A stretch of DNA of 64,000 nucleotides, taken from the NCBI GenBank assembly GCA_951406725.2, contig OX597814.1:192758001-192822000 (forward strand), given 5' to 3'. Of this stretch, positions 48,206-59,657 are shown one piece after another; positions within the stretch are counted from its first letter, which is position 1, and each line of letters begins with the position of its first letter. A program made the translations under genes and the position numbers. The notes beneath the pieces are model-generated. The model was not told the DNA's origin. It ran no database searches and saw only the letters and a program-made list of their open reading frames with translations. The DNA comes from Octopus vulgaris (taxonomy: Eukaryota).

Positions 48206-48802
48206 ATGGCAGAAGGTACTTCTGTTAAGGGTGTTGCATCAAGCAGGTCTAATAAGCGGCAAGGTTACCTTGAATGGGATGATTACTTCATGTCAGTGGC
48301 TTTCCTCTCTGCTCAACGTAGCAAAGACCCAAGAACTCAGGTAGGAGCTTGTATTGTTAACGAAGATAGACGTATTGTTGGCATCGGATATAACGGTATG
48401 CCACGTGGTTGTAGTGACGATGATTTTCCTTGGTGCAATGAAGGTGTCACTGAGCTAGAAAACAAAAATCTCTACGTATGTCATGCTGGGCTTAATGCTA
48501 TTCTCAATAAGAATTCTGCAGACGTTCGCAATTGCACTTTGTATGCTGCTTTGTTTCCTTGCAATGAATGTGCTAAAGTCATTATACAGTCTGGAATTAA
48601 AGAAGTCATATACTATTCGGATAAATATAAGGACCAAATTACCTCTAAAGCTTCTCGAATTATGTTGGATCGTGCTGAAATAAAATATCGCCAGTATCAA
48701 CCTACAAACGGACAAATTGTTATAGATTTTACTTCATTAGAAGAAAAGAAAGACCGGATTATAAGTTCAGTTTTGTCCCCCATTTCTGAACTTTCACTTT
48801 AG
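48206..48802 (+). CDS. DCTD: dCMP deaminase copy 4 (198 aa), predicted catalytically inactive (E95G)
   Basis: Full ORF; CAT-GCT-GGG at 48482-48490 gives HAG instead of HAE; Zn ligands H93, C119 and C122 retained. Confidence 0.88.
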   Translation: MAEGTSVKGVASSRSNKRQGYLEWDDYFMSVAFLSAQRSKDPRTQVGACIVNEDRRIVGIGYNGMPRGCSDDDFPWCNEGVTELENKNLYVCHAGLNAILNKNSADVRNCTLYAALFPCNECAKVIIQSGIKEVIYYSDKYKDQITSKASRIMLDRAEIKYRQYQPTNGQIVIDFTSLEEKKDRIISSVLSPISELSL

Positions 48803-50905
48803 TCAGATGCGAACATAAACACTTGGAATTCATTATATTGCCAACATTGCCTTTTCATAATGATATCCTGTTATATTTTCTAGCTAAAATTAATGTAACT
48901 TGAGAAGATTTTCTAATTTTTATATGAAATATTAACTGCTGTATTTTTAACGAAAATGTTTATTCCATTTTGTTTTCGTTTGTGTGTACATAATATTTTA
49001 ACTGCCTCTTTCTAAGAAAATGAAACTATCCACATTTGCTCCAATACGCAGTAGCGTAGCTGGGGTGGGGTATGTGTGCATTTTGGGCCGCACTTTTAAA
49101 TTCTTAGATTGTTCACATTGTAGTCTTTGTTTAACTTTCAAGTTTATTTGAATTTTATTCTTTATTTTAAAAACTATTCATTCAAATCTTGATAAGCATG
49201 TTATTGTCTGAATTTTTCAACCATAGTTTGAAATTCCACTAATTCTCGGAATTTCCTTATGAATATTTTATTCATAATCTATGTTGTACACACCCTCAAA
49301 CTGTCAACGTCAGATGACCCAAATAAAGCAGACGAAACAAGCAATGGAATTATTTCTATTCATATCCTAAAAGATACAGAATATCTCTGTCAGTGGGTCA
49401 CAACTGGGATTTATATGGACCCTGAGGGGGTCCATGTAAGGTTTTGTTGCTAAAATTTTCATCTACATTAAATTGGTTCTATTTTTACAATACACAAAAT
49501 ATTTTAGTCTTGTTTTAATAGAATTCTTCATAATATTATAAAAGTATAATAGGATTTCTTTAAACGACGAACGGCTATGGGTGATTCACCTGTGTAAATT
49601 GGGAATCAAAGGGGGCCATAGGTGAAAAGTGGTTGAGAACCACTTATCTATGTAATTAAAGTCTTAAAGTTTGGATCTTTTCAGTTTGACCGGCAAATTT
49701 TTAAAATAATTTCTTTGTAAGTAAATACTTTAAAACTTTGTATACTGGTAGAATGTGTTACATAAAACATCTTCTCATGGTTTTCTTGAGAAAATTCTGT
49801 AGTTTGTAACAACAAATAGCTTACAAACTACAGAATTTTCTCAAGAAAGCCAAGAGAAAAAGATGTTTTATGTAACACACTACCAATATATGAAGTTTGA
49901 AAGTGTTCAGTTACAAAGAAATTATTTTAAAAATCTACTGGTCAAAGTTTTAACTGTGAGAGCAAATGAAATAATATCAGGTATCATATAAAAGTGATAT
50001 ATAACAAATGTCTAATACTATGAAATATAAAAATTAAAAAGTATTGTTTGGAATATGCAATCTTTATAATGTAGTCAGTTGTTCTGTTGATTTATATTTT
50101 TCTATCTTGAAATAAATATGTTATCAATTCTTAATGTTTTTCTAACTTTACTGATGAACTATCCTCAAAAATTTCATATTCTTACTTCTTCATAACATTT
50201 CATTGAAGATATTTTTCTGTGAAATTCACCTGTTGCAGCCAGAAGTCATATTGTATTTTCCAGCATATATATTTCTTTACTGCCCACAAGGGGCTAAACA
50301 TAGAGGGAACAAACAAGGACACACAAAGGGGTTAAGTCGATTACATCGACCCCAGTGCGTAACTGGTACTTAATTTATCGACCCCGAAAGGATGAAAGGC
50401 AAAGTCGACCGCGGCGGAATTTGAACTCAGAACGTAACGGCAGGCGAAATACCTATTTCTTTACTACCTACAAGGGGCTAAACACAGAGAGGACAAACAA
50501 GGACAGACAAACTGATTAAGTCGATTACATCGACCCCAGTGCGTGACTGGTACTTATTTAATCAACCCCCGAAAGGATGAAAAGCACAGTCGACCTTGGC
50601 GGAATTTGAACTCAGAATGTAACGACAGTCAAAATACAGCTAAGCATTTTGCCCAGTGCGCTAACGTTTCTGCCAGCTCGCTGCCTTTTCAATTTTTCCA
50701 GCATATATGTCAACACAATATATTGTATAAACATGTAGTGTAAAACATTCAGACATCATCATTATCTTCCCATATCCTGTTGTATTTCACATAAAAATTT
50801 TGGTCCTCCAAAGTCGCCTTTGTGTATAAATTAGCCTAACTATTTTGGTTTTAAAAATTTGATTTTTATGCTGGAAAATGCAGGTGAGTTGAAATTGAAA
50901 ATACA

Positions 50906-52027
50906 TTGACTTTGCTAAGGCTTTCAACTCTGTGCCACACAAAAGGCTTATGGTGAAACTCTCTGCAATGGGTGTGGGGGATGACCTTTTTAACTGGTTG
51001 AAATCCTTCATCCTCAGCCGAAAGGAGGTAGTCACAGTTCTAGGACAGCACTCTACACCATATGAGATGTCATCGGGTGTACCACAGGGATCTGTCCTTG
51101 GTCCCCTCCTGTTTGTGGCATACATTAATGACATAGATGCCAATTTAAAGAATGCCACAGTATTGAAATATACAGACGACATCAAGCTGTACCTTGAAAT
51201 CAAGAGGACTGATCCTGATGTCTACAACTCTTTCCTGTAATCAGACCTAGACACAATGCAGCAATGGATCACAGACTGGCAACTGAAACTGGCTGTGGAC
51301 AAGTGTACCACCATGCATTTTGGGAGAAAAAACCCTGCGTCCACATACTCCCTCCACAACACTGATATCAAGAAATCCTCTTGTGAGCGTGACCTAGGCA
51401 TCACTGTCAGCAGTGATTTGCGTTGGACAAAGCATATCTCTAAAATTGTCAAGAAGGCCGAGGGTGTCTTGGCATCACTCAGCAAGACTTTTGTTAGCCG
51501 CTCTCCAGCCATCTATTTAAAACTGTATACAGCTATGGTACGACCACACTTGGAATTCGCATCATCAGTTTGGAATCCCTATCTTGCTCAGAACATTGAC
51601 CTGGAATCTGTCCAGAGACGTGCAACCAAACGCATACCCTCCATCAGACACCTACCATATTCTGAGCGCATTGTTTCCCTGGGCATGGATTCACTGAAGC
51701 TCCGGCGTCTAGCGACGGACTTGGTAAACACCCACAAGGTTATCAACCACCTCACCAACAACAACACTGAACACCTTTTTGATCTCCATGTGTCTAACAC
51801 ACGTGGACATGCCTACAAAGTCAGAAAACAGCACAGCTTCCATGACTTTCGGAAACATTTTTTCACGCTCAGGGTTGCTGAAGCGTGGAATAAACTGCCT
51901 GCATCAGTTGTTGACTGCCATGACACTGCATCCTTTAAGGCCCTCATGCTTCCCGAAATCCGTCGAAACTACACCTGATTATATATACACTTTAGATGAG
52001 TTGTAGTGCACCTGAGCACTGTACACA

Positions 52028-52058
<31 letters not shown>
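50906..52058 (+). mobile_element. 5'-truncated CR1-group LINE (RT domain to (TTA)n tail)
   Basis: IDFAKAFNSVPH, SGVPQGSVLGPLLF, KYTDD, ERDLGI, VRPHLEFASSVWNP, RGHAYK; one in-frame stop at 51238-51240; absent from the paralogous site at about 56407. Confidence 0.92.
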
Positions 52059-52060
<2 letters not shown>

Positions 52061-53008
52061 TTGTTTTCATGACACTGACAAAGCTTGCAAAGGCTAAAGG
52101 TATTGTATAATTTCTTCTCTGATTAGGTCATCATTATCATCATCATTTAATGTCCCTTTACCATGCTAGCATGGGTTGGACGGTTCAACCGGGGTCTGGT
52201 AAGCCATGGAGGCTGCACCAGGCTCCAGTCTAATTTGGCAGTGTTTCTACAGCTGGATGCCCTTTGTAATGCCAACCACTACGTGAGTGTAGTGGGTGTT
52301 TTTTACGTGCCACCAGCACAGGAGCCAGAGCAGGCTGGCAAACGGCTACGATCAGTTGGTGCTTTTATGTGTCACCGATATGGACGCCAGTCAGGCGGCA
52401 CTGGCATCTGCCAAGTTCGGATGGTGCTTTTTATGTGTCACTGGCATGGGTTACCACATTTGTTTGCAAATAGGTAACCCTCTGTTTTAAATTTTTTCGG
52501 GTTCATAGAATTATGCTCAAGGTGTTTTCGTCATTCATACGTGCCATCCTTACTACATTCACCCATCTCTTTTGAAACATTCGCTAGACAAAACTTGTTT
52601 CTCTACTCACTTTCCTTTTCAAGTGATACTTGAAGAAGTTGATGAGAGATTGACCAGAGAGGAAAGTGTTTGTTCACTAGATACATTCTTTCGCCATAGC
52701 CACAAGAATGATGAAAATAGCTCTTCCTTCCCGTTTAAAGGAAGGAGGCGTGACAATATTGACGATATACTCGGCTGATAAACCGACTTGTCCCACACGC
52801 GACAGCAGTCGTTCGACATAGATAGATAGATAGTGGGTGGACTAAATGTAAGGGACATAAATGGCGCTATATAAGCAAGGGAGATAACTAGAAGCATATT
52901 GCGTTTCTAATAAGCTTGAGGACGTAAGCGGTAAATATTTCCCGCAAAATCTTACGTATTTGAATCACTACGGCAGAAGGTACTTCAGTTAACGGTGTTG
53001 CATCAAGC

Positions 53009-53566
53009 ATGTCTAAAAAGCGGCAAGGTTACCTTGAATGGGATGATTACTTCATGTCAGTGGCTTTCCTCTCTGCTCAACGTAGCAAAGACCCAAGAAC
53101 TCAGGTAGGAGCTTGTATTGTTAACGAAGATAGACGTATTGTTGGCATCGGATATAACGGTATGCCTCGTGGTTGTAGTGACGATGATTTTCCTTGGTGC
53201 AATGAAGGTGTCACTGAGCTAGAAAACAAAAATCTCTACGTATGTCATGCTGAGCTTAATGCTATTCTCAATAAGAATTCTGCAGACGTTCGCAATTGCA
53301 CTATATATGTTGGTTTGTTTCCTTGCAATGAATGTGCTAAAGTCATTATACAGTCTGGAATTAAAGAAGTCATATACTATTCGGATAAATATAAGGACCA
53401 AATTACCTCTAAAGCTTCTCGAATTATGTTGGATCGTGCTGAAATAAAATATCGCCAGTATCGACCTACAAACGGACAAATTGTTATAGATTTTACTTCA
53501 TTAGTAGAAAAGAAAGACCCGATTATAAGTTCAGTTTTGTCCCCCATTTCTGAACTTTCACTTTAG
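53009..53566 (+). CDS. DCTD: dCMP deaminase copy 5 (185 aa from the second Met; first ATG mutated to ACG at 52970-52972)
   Basis: Intact catalytic motifs; Met14 lies near the N-terminus typical of animal DCTDs. Confidence 0.9.
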   Translation: MSKKRQGYLEWDDYFMSVAFLSAQRSKDPRTQVGACIVNEDRRIVGIGYNGMPRGCSDDDFPWCNEGVTELENKNLYVCHAELNAILNKNSADVRNCTIYVGLFPCNECAKVIIQSGIKEVIYYSDKYKDQITSKASRIMLDRAEIKYRQYRPTNGQIVIDFTSLVEKKDPIISSVLSPISELSL

Positions 53567-54233
53567 TCAGATGCGAACATAAACACTTGGAATTCATTAT
53601 ATTGCCAACATTGCCTTTTCATAATGATATCCTGTTATATTTTCTAGCTAAAATTAATGGAACTGGTGAAGATTTTCTAATTTTTATATGAAATATTAAC
53701 TGCTGTATTTTTAACGAAAATTTTTATTCCAATTTGTTTTCGTTTGTGTGTACATAATATTTTAACTGCCTCTTTCTAAGAAAATGAAACTATCCACATT
53801 TGCTCCAATACGCAGTAGCGTAGCTGGGGTGGGGTGTGTGTGCATTTTGGGCCGCACTTTTAAAGAGGCACCACCTTTGAGTCTGCTGTAGATAATGTTT
53901 TTTTTTTTGTGATGGTCCGGGGGCAGCCAACAGAAAGGCATCCCCGGGCAGCACAGATTCTAGCTACGCTAGTGCCAATATTCCCTCTAACTCCATCTAA
54001 TAAAAAGTTATCCGACTTCCACCCAGGATGTTGCGTCATCTCACTAGCTTTTCTACTACATACCCACTATTCACTGGAGCTAGTTGATCTCATACCTATT
54101 CTACTCAGGATCACCCGACTCCCTCTACCCTCTCGTCTCTTATTCATTTGCATAAAACACTACACCTGATCCTTCTGAGACGTTAACTCTTGGAATATCT
54201 TTTCTGGAGTTGTTCAAGAACATCAGTTACATC

Positions 54234-54562
54234 GGTTCTACTAGCGAACTGTGGTCCCGGTGCGCGTACTCGCACACTCGCGCTAGCAAGTCGTAAGTAG
54301 TCGATCCTACAACGACTTTTTAACCCTAACCTTAACCCTAATTTTTTAACCCTAAACCCAACCCTAACTCTAACCTTAGTTTGTTTATAAAAATAATTTA
54401 TTTACTTAGTTTAAAAAATTATTTACTTTGTTCGAAAAATATTATTTAATTTTCTTTGATATGTATTCAGCCTTGAAATACAAACATATGCGCAAGTCGT
54501 TGTAGGATCGACTACTTACGACTAGCTAGCGCGCACCCGCACCACTGTTCGCTAGTAGTACC
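54234..54562. mobile_element. Merlin-like MITE carrying (TAACCC)n telomere-type repeats
   Basis: TIRs related to 6222-6429; 9-bp TSD AGTTACATC (54225-54233, 54563-54571); TAACCC array at about 54322-54378. Confidence 0.8.
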
Positions 54563-56872
54563 AGTTACATCAACTCAAACAGTTTCGGAGTCGCCTACGA
54601 AAGGTCACCAGTGCAGACCCTCACAGGTCAGACCAAACCATGAAAAAAAAATTAGTTTTATTAGGTTAATTATGTGTTAATTTCCTTAGTTTTCATTATG
54701 TTAGTCCCTGAAATAATTGTGCCTATTTTTAATGTTTTATTCTTGTTTTTTTCCCGTTTAATTCTTAGACTAAACATTGTAGTCTTTGTTTAATTTTCAA
54801 GTTTATTTGAATTTTATTCTTTATTTTAAAAACTATTCATTCAAATCTTGATAAGCATGTTATTGTCTGAATTTTTCAACCATAGTTTCAAATTCCACTA
54901 ATTCTCGGAATTTCCTCATGAATATTTTATTCATAATCTATGTTGTACACACCCCCAAACTGTCAACGTCAGATGACCCAAATAAAGCAGACGAAACAAG
55001 CAATGGAATTATTTCTATTCATATCCTAAAAGATACAGAATATCTCTGTCAGTGGTTCACAACTGGGATTTATATGGACCCTGAGGGGGTCCATGTAAGG
55101 TTTTGTTGCTAAAATTTTCATCTACATTAAATTGGTTCTATTTGTTCAACACACAAAATATTTTAGTTTTTTTTTAATAGAATTCTTCATAATATTATAA
55201 AAGTATAATAGGATTTCTTTAAACGACGAACGGCTTTGGGCGATTCACCTGTGTAAAATGGGAATCAAAGGGGTCAATAGGTGAAAAGTGGTTGAGAACC
55301 ACTGATCTATGTAATTAAAGTCTTAAAGTTTGGATCTTATCACTTTGACTGGCAGATTTTTAAAATAATTACTTTGTAACTAAATACTTTAAAACTTTGT
55401 ATACTGGTAGAATGTGTTACATAAAACATCTTCTCATGGTTTTCTTGAGAAAATTCTGTAGTTTGTAACAACAAATAGCTTACAAACTACAGAATTTTCT
55501 CAAGAAAGCCAAGAGAAAAAGATGTTTTATGTAACACACTACCAGTATATGAAGTTTGAAAGTGTTCAGTTACAAAGAAATTATTTTAAAAATCTGCTGG
55601 TCAAAGTGAAAAGATCTTAAAGTTTTAACTGTGAGAGCAAATGAAATAATATCAGGTATCTTATAAAAGTGATATATAACAAATGTCTAATACTATGAAA
55701 TATAAAAATTAAAAAGTATTGTTTGGAATATGCAATCTTTATAATGTAGTCAGTTGTTCTGTTGATTTATATTTTTCTATCTTGAAATAAATATGTTATC
55801 AATTCTTAATGTTTTTCTAACTTTACTGATGAACTATCCTCAAAAATTTCATATTCTTACTTCTTCATAACATTTCATTGAAGATATTTTTCTGTGAAAT
55901 TCACCCGTTGCAGCCAGAAGTCATATTGTATTTTCCAGCATATATATTTCTTTACTGCCCACAAGGGGCTAAACATAGACGGGACAAAGAAGGACAGACA
56001 AACAGATTAAGTCGATTATATCGACCCCAGTGAGTAACTAGTACTTATTTAATCAACCCCGAAAGGATGAAAAGCAATGTCGACCTCGGCGGAATTTGAT
56101 CTCAGAATGTAATGACTGTCAAAATACAGCTAAGCATTTTGCCCAGCGCGCTAACGTTTCTGCCAGCTCGCTGCCTTTTCAATTTTTCCAGCCTATATGT
56201 CAACACAATATATTGTATAAACATGTAGTGTAAAACATTCAGACATCATCATTATCTTCCCATATCCTGTTGCATTTCACATGGAAATTTTGGTCCTCCA
56301 AAGTCGTCTTTGTGTATAAATTGGCTTAACTTTTTTGGTTGTAAACTTTGGTTTTAAAAATTTGATTTTTATGCTGGAAAATGCAGGTGAGTTGAAATTG
56401 AAAATACACTCTTTTGTTTTCATGACACTGACAAAGCTTGCAAAGGCTAAAGGTATTGTATACTTTCTTCTCTGATTAGGTCATCATCATCATCATTTAA
56501 TGTCCGTTTTCCATGCTAGCATTGGTTGGACGGTTCGACCGGGGTCTGGTAAGTCATGGCTGTGTATTTAGAAGTTTGTTTCCCAATGATTTATATCTGG
56601 GTTCAGTCCCACTGTGTGGCACTTTGGACAGGTGTTTTCTACTATAGCCTCAGGCCGACCAAAAAATTTGTGAGTGTATTTGGTAGATGGAAACTGAAAG
56701 AAGCAGAGTGGTTGATGTCGGGAAGGGCATCCAGCTGTAATATCCTGCCAAATCAGGTACAGAAGTCTAGGGTAGTTTTTCTACCTGGCCAGCTCCTCTC
56801 AACCGTCCCACTCACGCATGCATGAAAGATGGATGTTAAACGGTGATGATGATGGTATGTATGTGTGTGTGT

Positions 56873-57440
56873 TTTATGCCGAACAACTGTTGTCACGTAC
56901 ACAAAGAGTACAGCTGTCGATTGAGTCTATTGTAAAGATTGACCTACCGGATTTCCCCTTGAAAGAAGGTAAGAATTGTTTTCTCGTTGTAGTTGCATTT
57001 GCGTGAGAGGTGATTTGGAAGACGAGGCTGAAAGGTATAGAGTCAGGCAATTTCATCTCTGGCCCTGGATTGGTGAATTACTTCATCTTTCACCTGAAAA
57101 GGAAAATAGGGCTAGACAGAAAATGCCTGACTGAGCCAGTGTTTGAAATTCGATGGAAGAAAGTAGCACGGATATTGCGTGTGGATGGAACCGCATGAAT
57201 GCAAAACAGGACGAAACCCAGGTATCAGTGGCGAGGCGGGGCTCGTGGGGTCCAAGCTAAACCTGTCCCTCCACTCCATCCGTAATGTCTTCCAGTCTGT
57301 CTTAGCATTCGATTTCTCCGATTTCATTATATGTTTGTAATTATGTGTAAATTTTTAATTTCATCCTTTGTGTAAAATCATTCGTGAATCAGGTTGTATT
57401 GTCCCTTCTTTGTTCGCCCCTTGTGGGTAATACAAAAACA
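56873..57440 (+). mobile_element. L1/Tx1-like LINE 3' fragment with 19-bp TSD, inserted in a SINE microsatellite
   Basis: YAEQLLSR..LVVVAFA*EVIWKTRLKG..FHLKRKIGLDRKCL..FEIRWKKVAR; TSD GGTATGTATGTGTGTGTGT (56854-56872, 57441-57459). Confidence 0.7.
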
Positions 57441-57444
57441 GGTA

Positions 57445-57475
<31 letters not shown>

Positions 57476-57919
57476 TCCCCCCACTCCCCCCCTTCACTGC
57501 TTGACAACTATTTTTGGTGAGTTTACATCCCCATAACTTAGTGGTTCAGCAAAAGAGACTGAAGCAATATATACTCAGCTTAAGAAAAAAATTCCTGAGG
57601 CTAAAATTCTTCAAAGTGTATTCCATCATGGCTGCAGTCTAATGATTAAAACAAGTAAAAAAATAAGACATAAGTATGTACACACATACGAGATAAGGTC
57701 AAAAATTATCTGCACTCTTGCCATAACAAATCTTTATTGTTGTCACACTGCCTTCAGTGCATGCATACTTATAGTTGGTACTATTTTGGTGACGTGATCA
57801 AAGTTTGAGTCTGATTAGGCCATTTTTCTTTCTGGCATCACAGTGTAAGCATAGTCACTCCACTAGCAATGAGCACCAAAGAATAACAAAGAGCAGTGAT
57901 CTGAGAGATGGTAATGGTG

Positions 57920-58280
57920 AACTGGTTCACCATTACCATCTGTCAAGCTTGCTGAATCTTCTCATCCGTGGTGGGGGCTGATGGGTGTCCTGCCCCCTCT
58001 TCATGCAGCATGCTTGCCTGGCAACTCCTCAATCGAAGGAGAGGGGCTTTCTCTGTCCGGGTTGCGGATCCGTGGAATAAGCTGCCGACGACCACTCGGT
58101 TCAAAGTCTCTCTTGACCAGAAATGGCCCGAACTCTTTGCATGAACACCCTCCCTGTACATAACTCCATGACCCCCTACATGGCCTTGCTTTTTGCTTTT
58201 TGAGCCAAAAAATTAACTTAACTTAACTTCTTGATCCACTCATACACACATATCTGCAGTAGTGCACTGTCCCCATCATC
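57920..58280 (-). mobile_element. Inverted mariner transposase fragment interrupted by a LINE end (58027-58228,+)
   Basis: Minus strand GDSALLQICVYEWIK ... HEEGAGHPSAPTTDEKIQQA*QMVMVN (mariner HTH region). Confidence 0.7.
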
Positions 58281-58590
58281 ATAATCATCAGAATTCTCTG
58301 AACTTTTTTCCACTTCATTCTTATTCAGCCTACTATACTTTCCAAACATCTGTGAGTATTGTTAATTAGGTGAACTAGGTAGCAGAAGCAATCAACTACT
58401 TCTAGGGAGTCTTCTGAACATTTCAAAGAAGTTAATCGTCAGCTTCCACCACAAGGTTCAGTCCTTGTGTTGACTTGTGTGCCTCAACGACCCTGAGAAC
58501 TATGCCAGTGCATCGAGGCTGGTAACTTTTACATGGCACCATCACCAGTGCTTTTTACATGACACTATCACTGATGCTTTTTATGTAATA

Positions 58591-59295
58591 CCTATTTCTT
58601 TACTACCCACAAGGGGCTAAACACAGAGAGGACAAACAAGGACAGACAAATGGATGAAGTCGATTATATCGACCCCAGTGCGTAACTGGTACTTAATTTA
58701 TCGACCCCGAAAGGATGAAAGGCAAAGTCGACCTTGGCGGAATTTGAACTCAGAACGTAGCGGCAGATGAAATACTTATTTCTTTACTACCCACAAGGGG
58801 CTAAACACAGAGAGGACAAACAAGGACAGACAAACGGATTAAGTCGATTATATCAACCCCAGTGTGTAATTGGTACTTATTTAATCGACCCCAAAAGGAT
58901 GAAAGGCAAAGTCGACCTTGGCGGAATTTGAACTCAGAACGTAACTGCAGATGAAATACTGCTACGCATTTCGCCCGGCGTGCTAACGTTTCTGCCAGCT
59001 CACTGCCTTTTTATGTAATACCGTCACCAGTGCTTTTTACATGGTATCAGAACTGACTAGGGCGGCGAGCTGGCAGAAATGTTAGCATGCTGGGCGAAAT
59101 GCTTTGTGGTATTCTGCCTGCCGCTGCGTTCTGAGTTCAAATTCCGCTGAGGTCGACTTTGCCTTTCATCCTTTCGGGATCGATAAATTAAGTACCCGTT
59201 ACGCACTGGGGTTGATGTAATCGACTTGATCCTTTTGTCTGTCCTTGTTTGTCCCCTCTGTGTTTAGCTCCTTGTGGGTAGTAAAGAAATAGGTA
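58591..59295. mobile_element. SINE C dimer (-) facing a SINE C monomer (+)
   Basis: 58591-59008 is the reverse complement of the family consensus; 59080-59295 is forward. Confidence 0.8.
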
Positions 59296-59657
59296 TCAGA
59301 GCTGACAGTGTCTACAGAAGCATTGAATTAAGAATTAAGGCACTAATGACTTGAATTCTCATGGTGATTAGTTTTCAATTCTTCTGTTATGGTTTGGAGA
59401 ACTATAGTAGGAAGCTCAGTGGACATCCAACTGCATGCTAAATTTCTTGCTGAATACATAACTTCTTCCTTGCTGATAGTGTCACTATACATGGCTTGCA
59501 TTGCTCTCATAAGACTTTCATGTGTATCTAGGTGGAAAAATCTTCTAATCAACAAAAGCTTGATAATGATACTGCTATGCTAGTCATTGAATATGATACC
59601 TTGTTTTACTCCCTGATTGACTAACCAAGGGATTAGCATATCTCACTTTATTCGATA

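Larger units (their letters stand above)
38024..57918 (+). repeat. Tandem segmental array of five DCTD-containing units
   Basis: Unit start GAGGACACAGACTAAAC at about 38024, 41144 and 44281; start codons spaced 3136, 3135, 2719 and 4764 bp; flanks co-duplicated. Confidence 0.95.

Noticed and set aside
39216-53566. DCTD copies as independent retrocopies or APOBEC/ADAR-like editing enzymes
   Set aside because: Flanks are co-duplicated with no poly(A) or TSD per copy, and the sequence is canonical dCMP deaminase rather than a polynucleotide deaminase.
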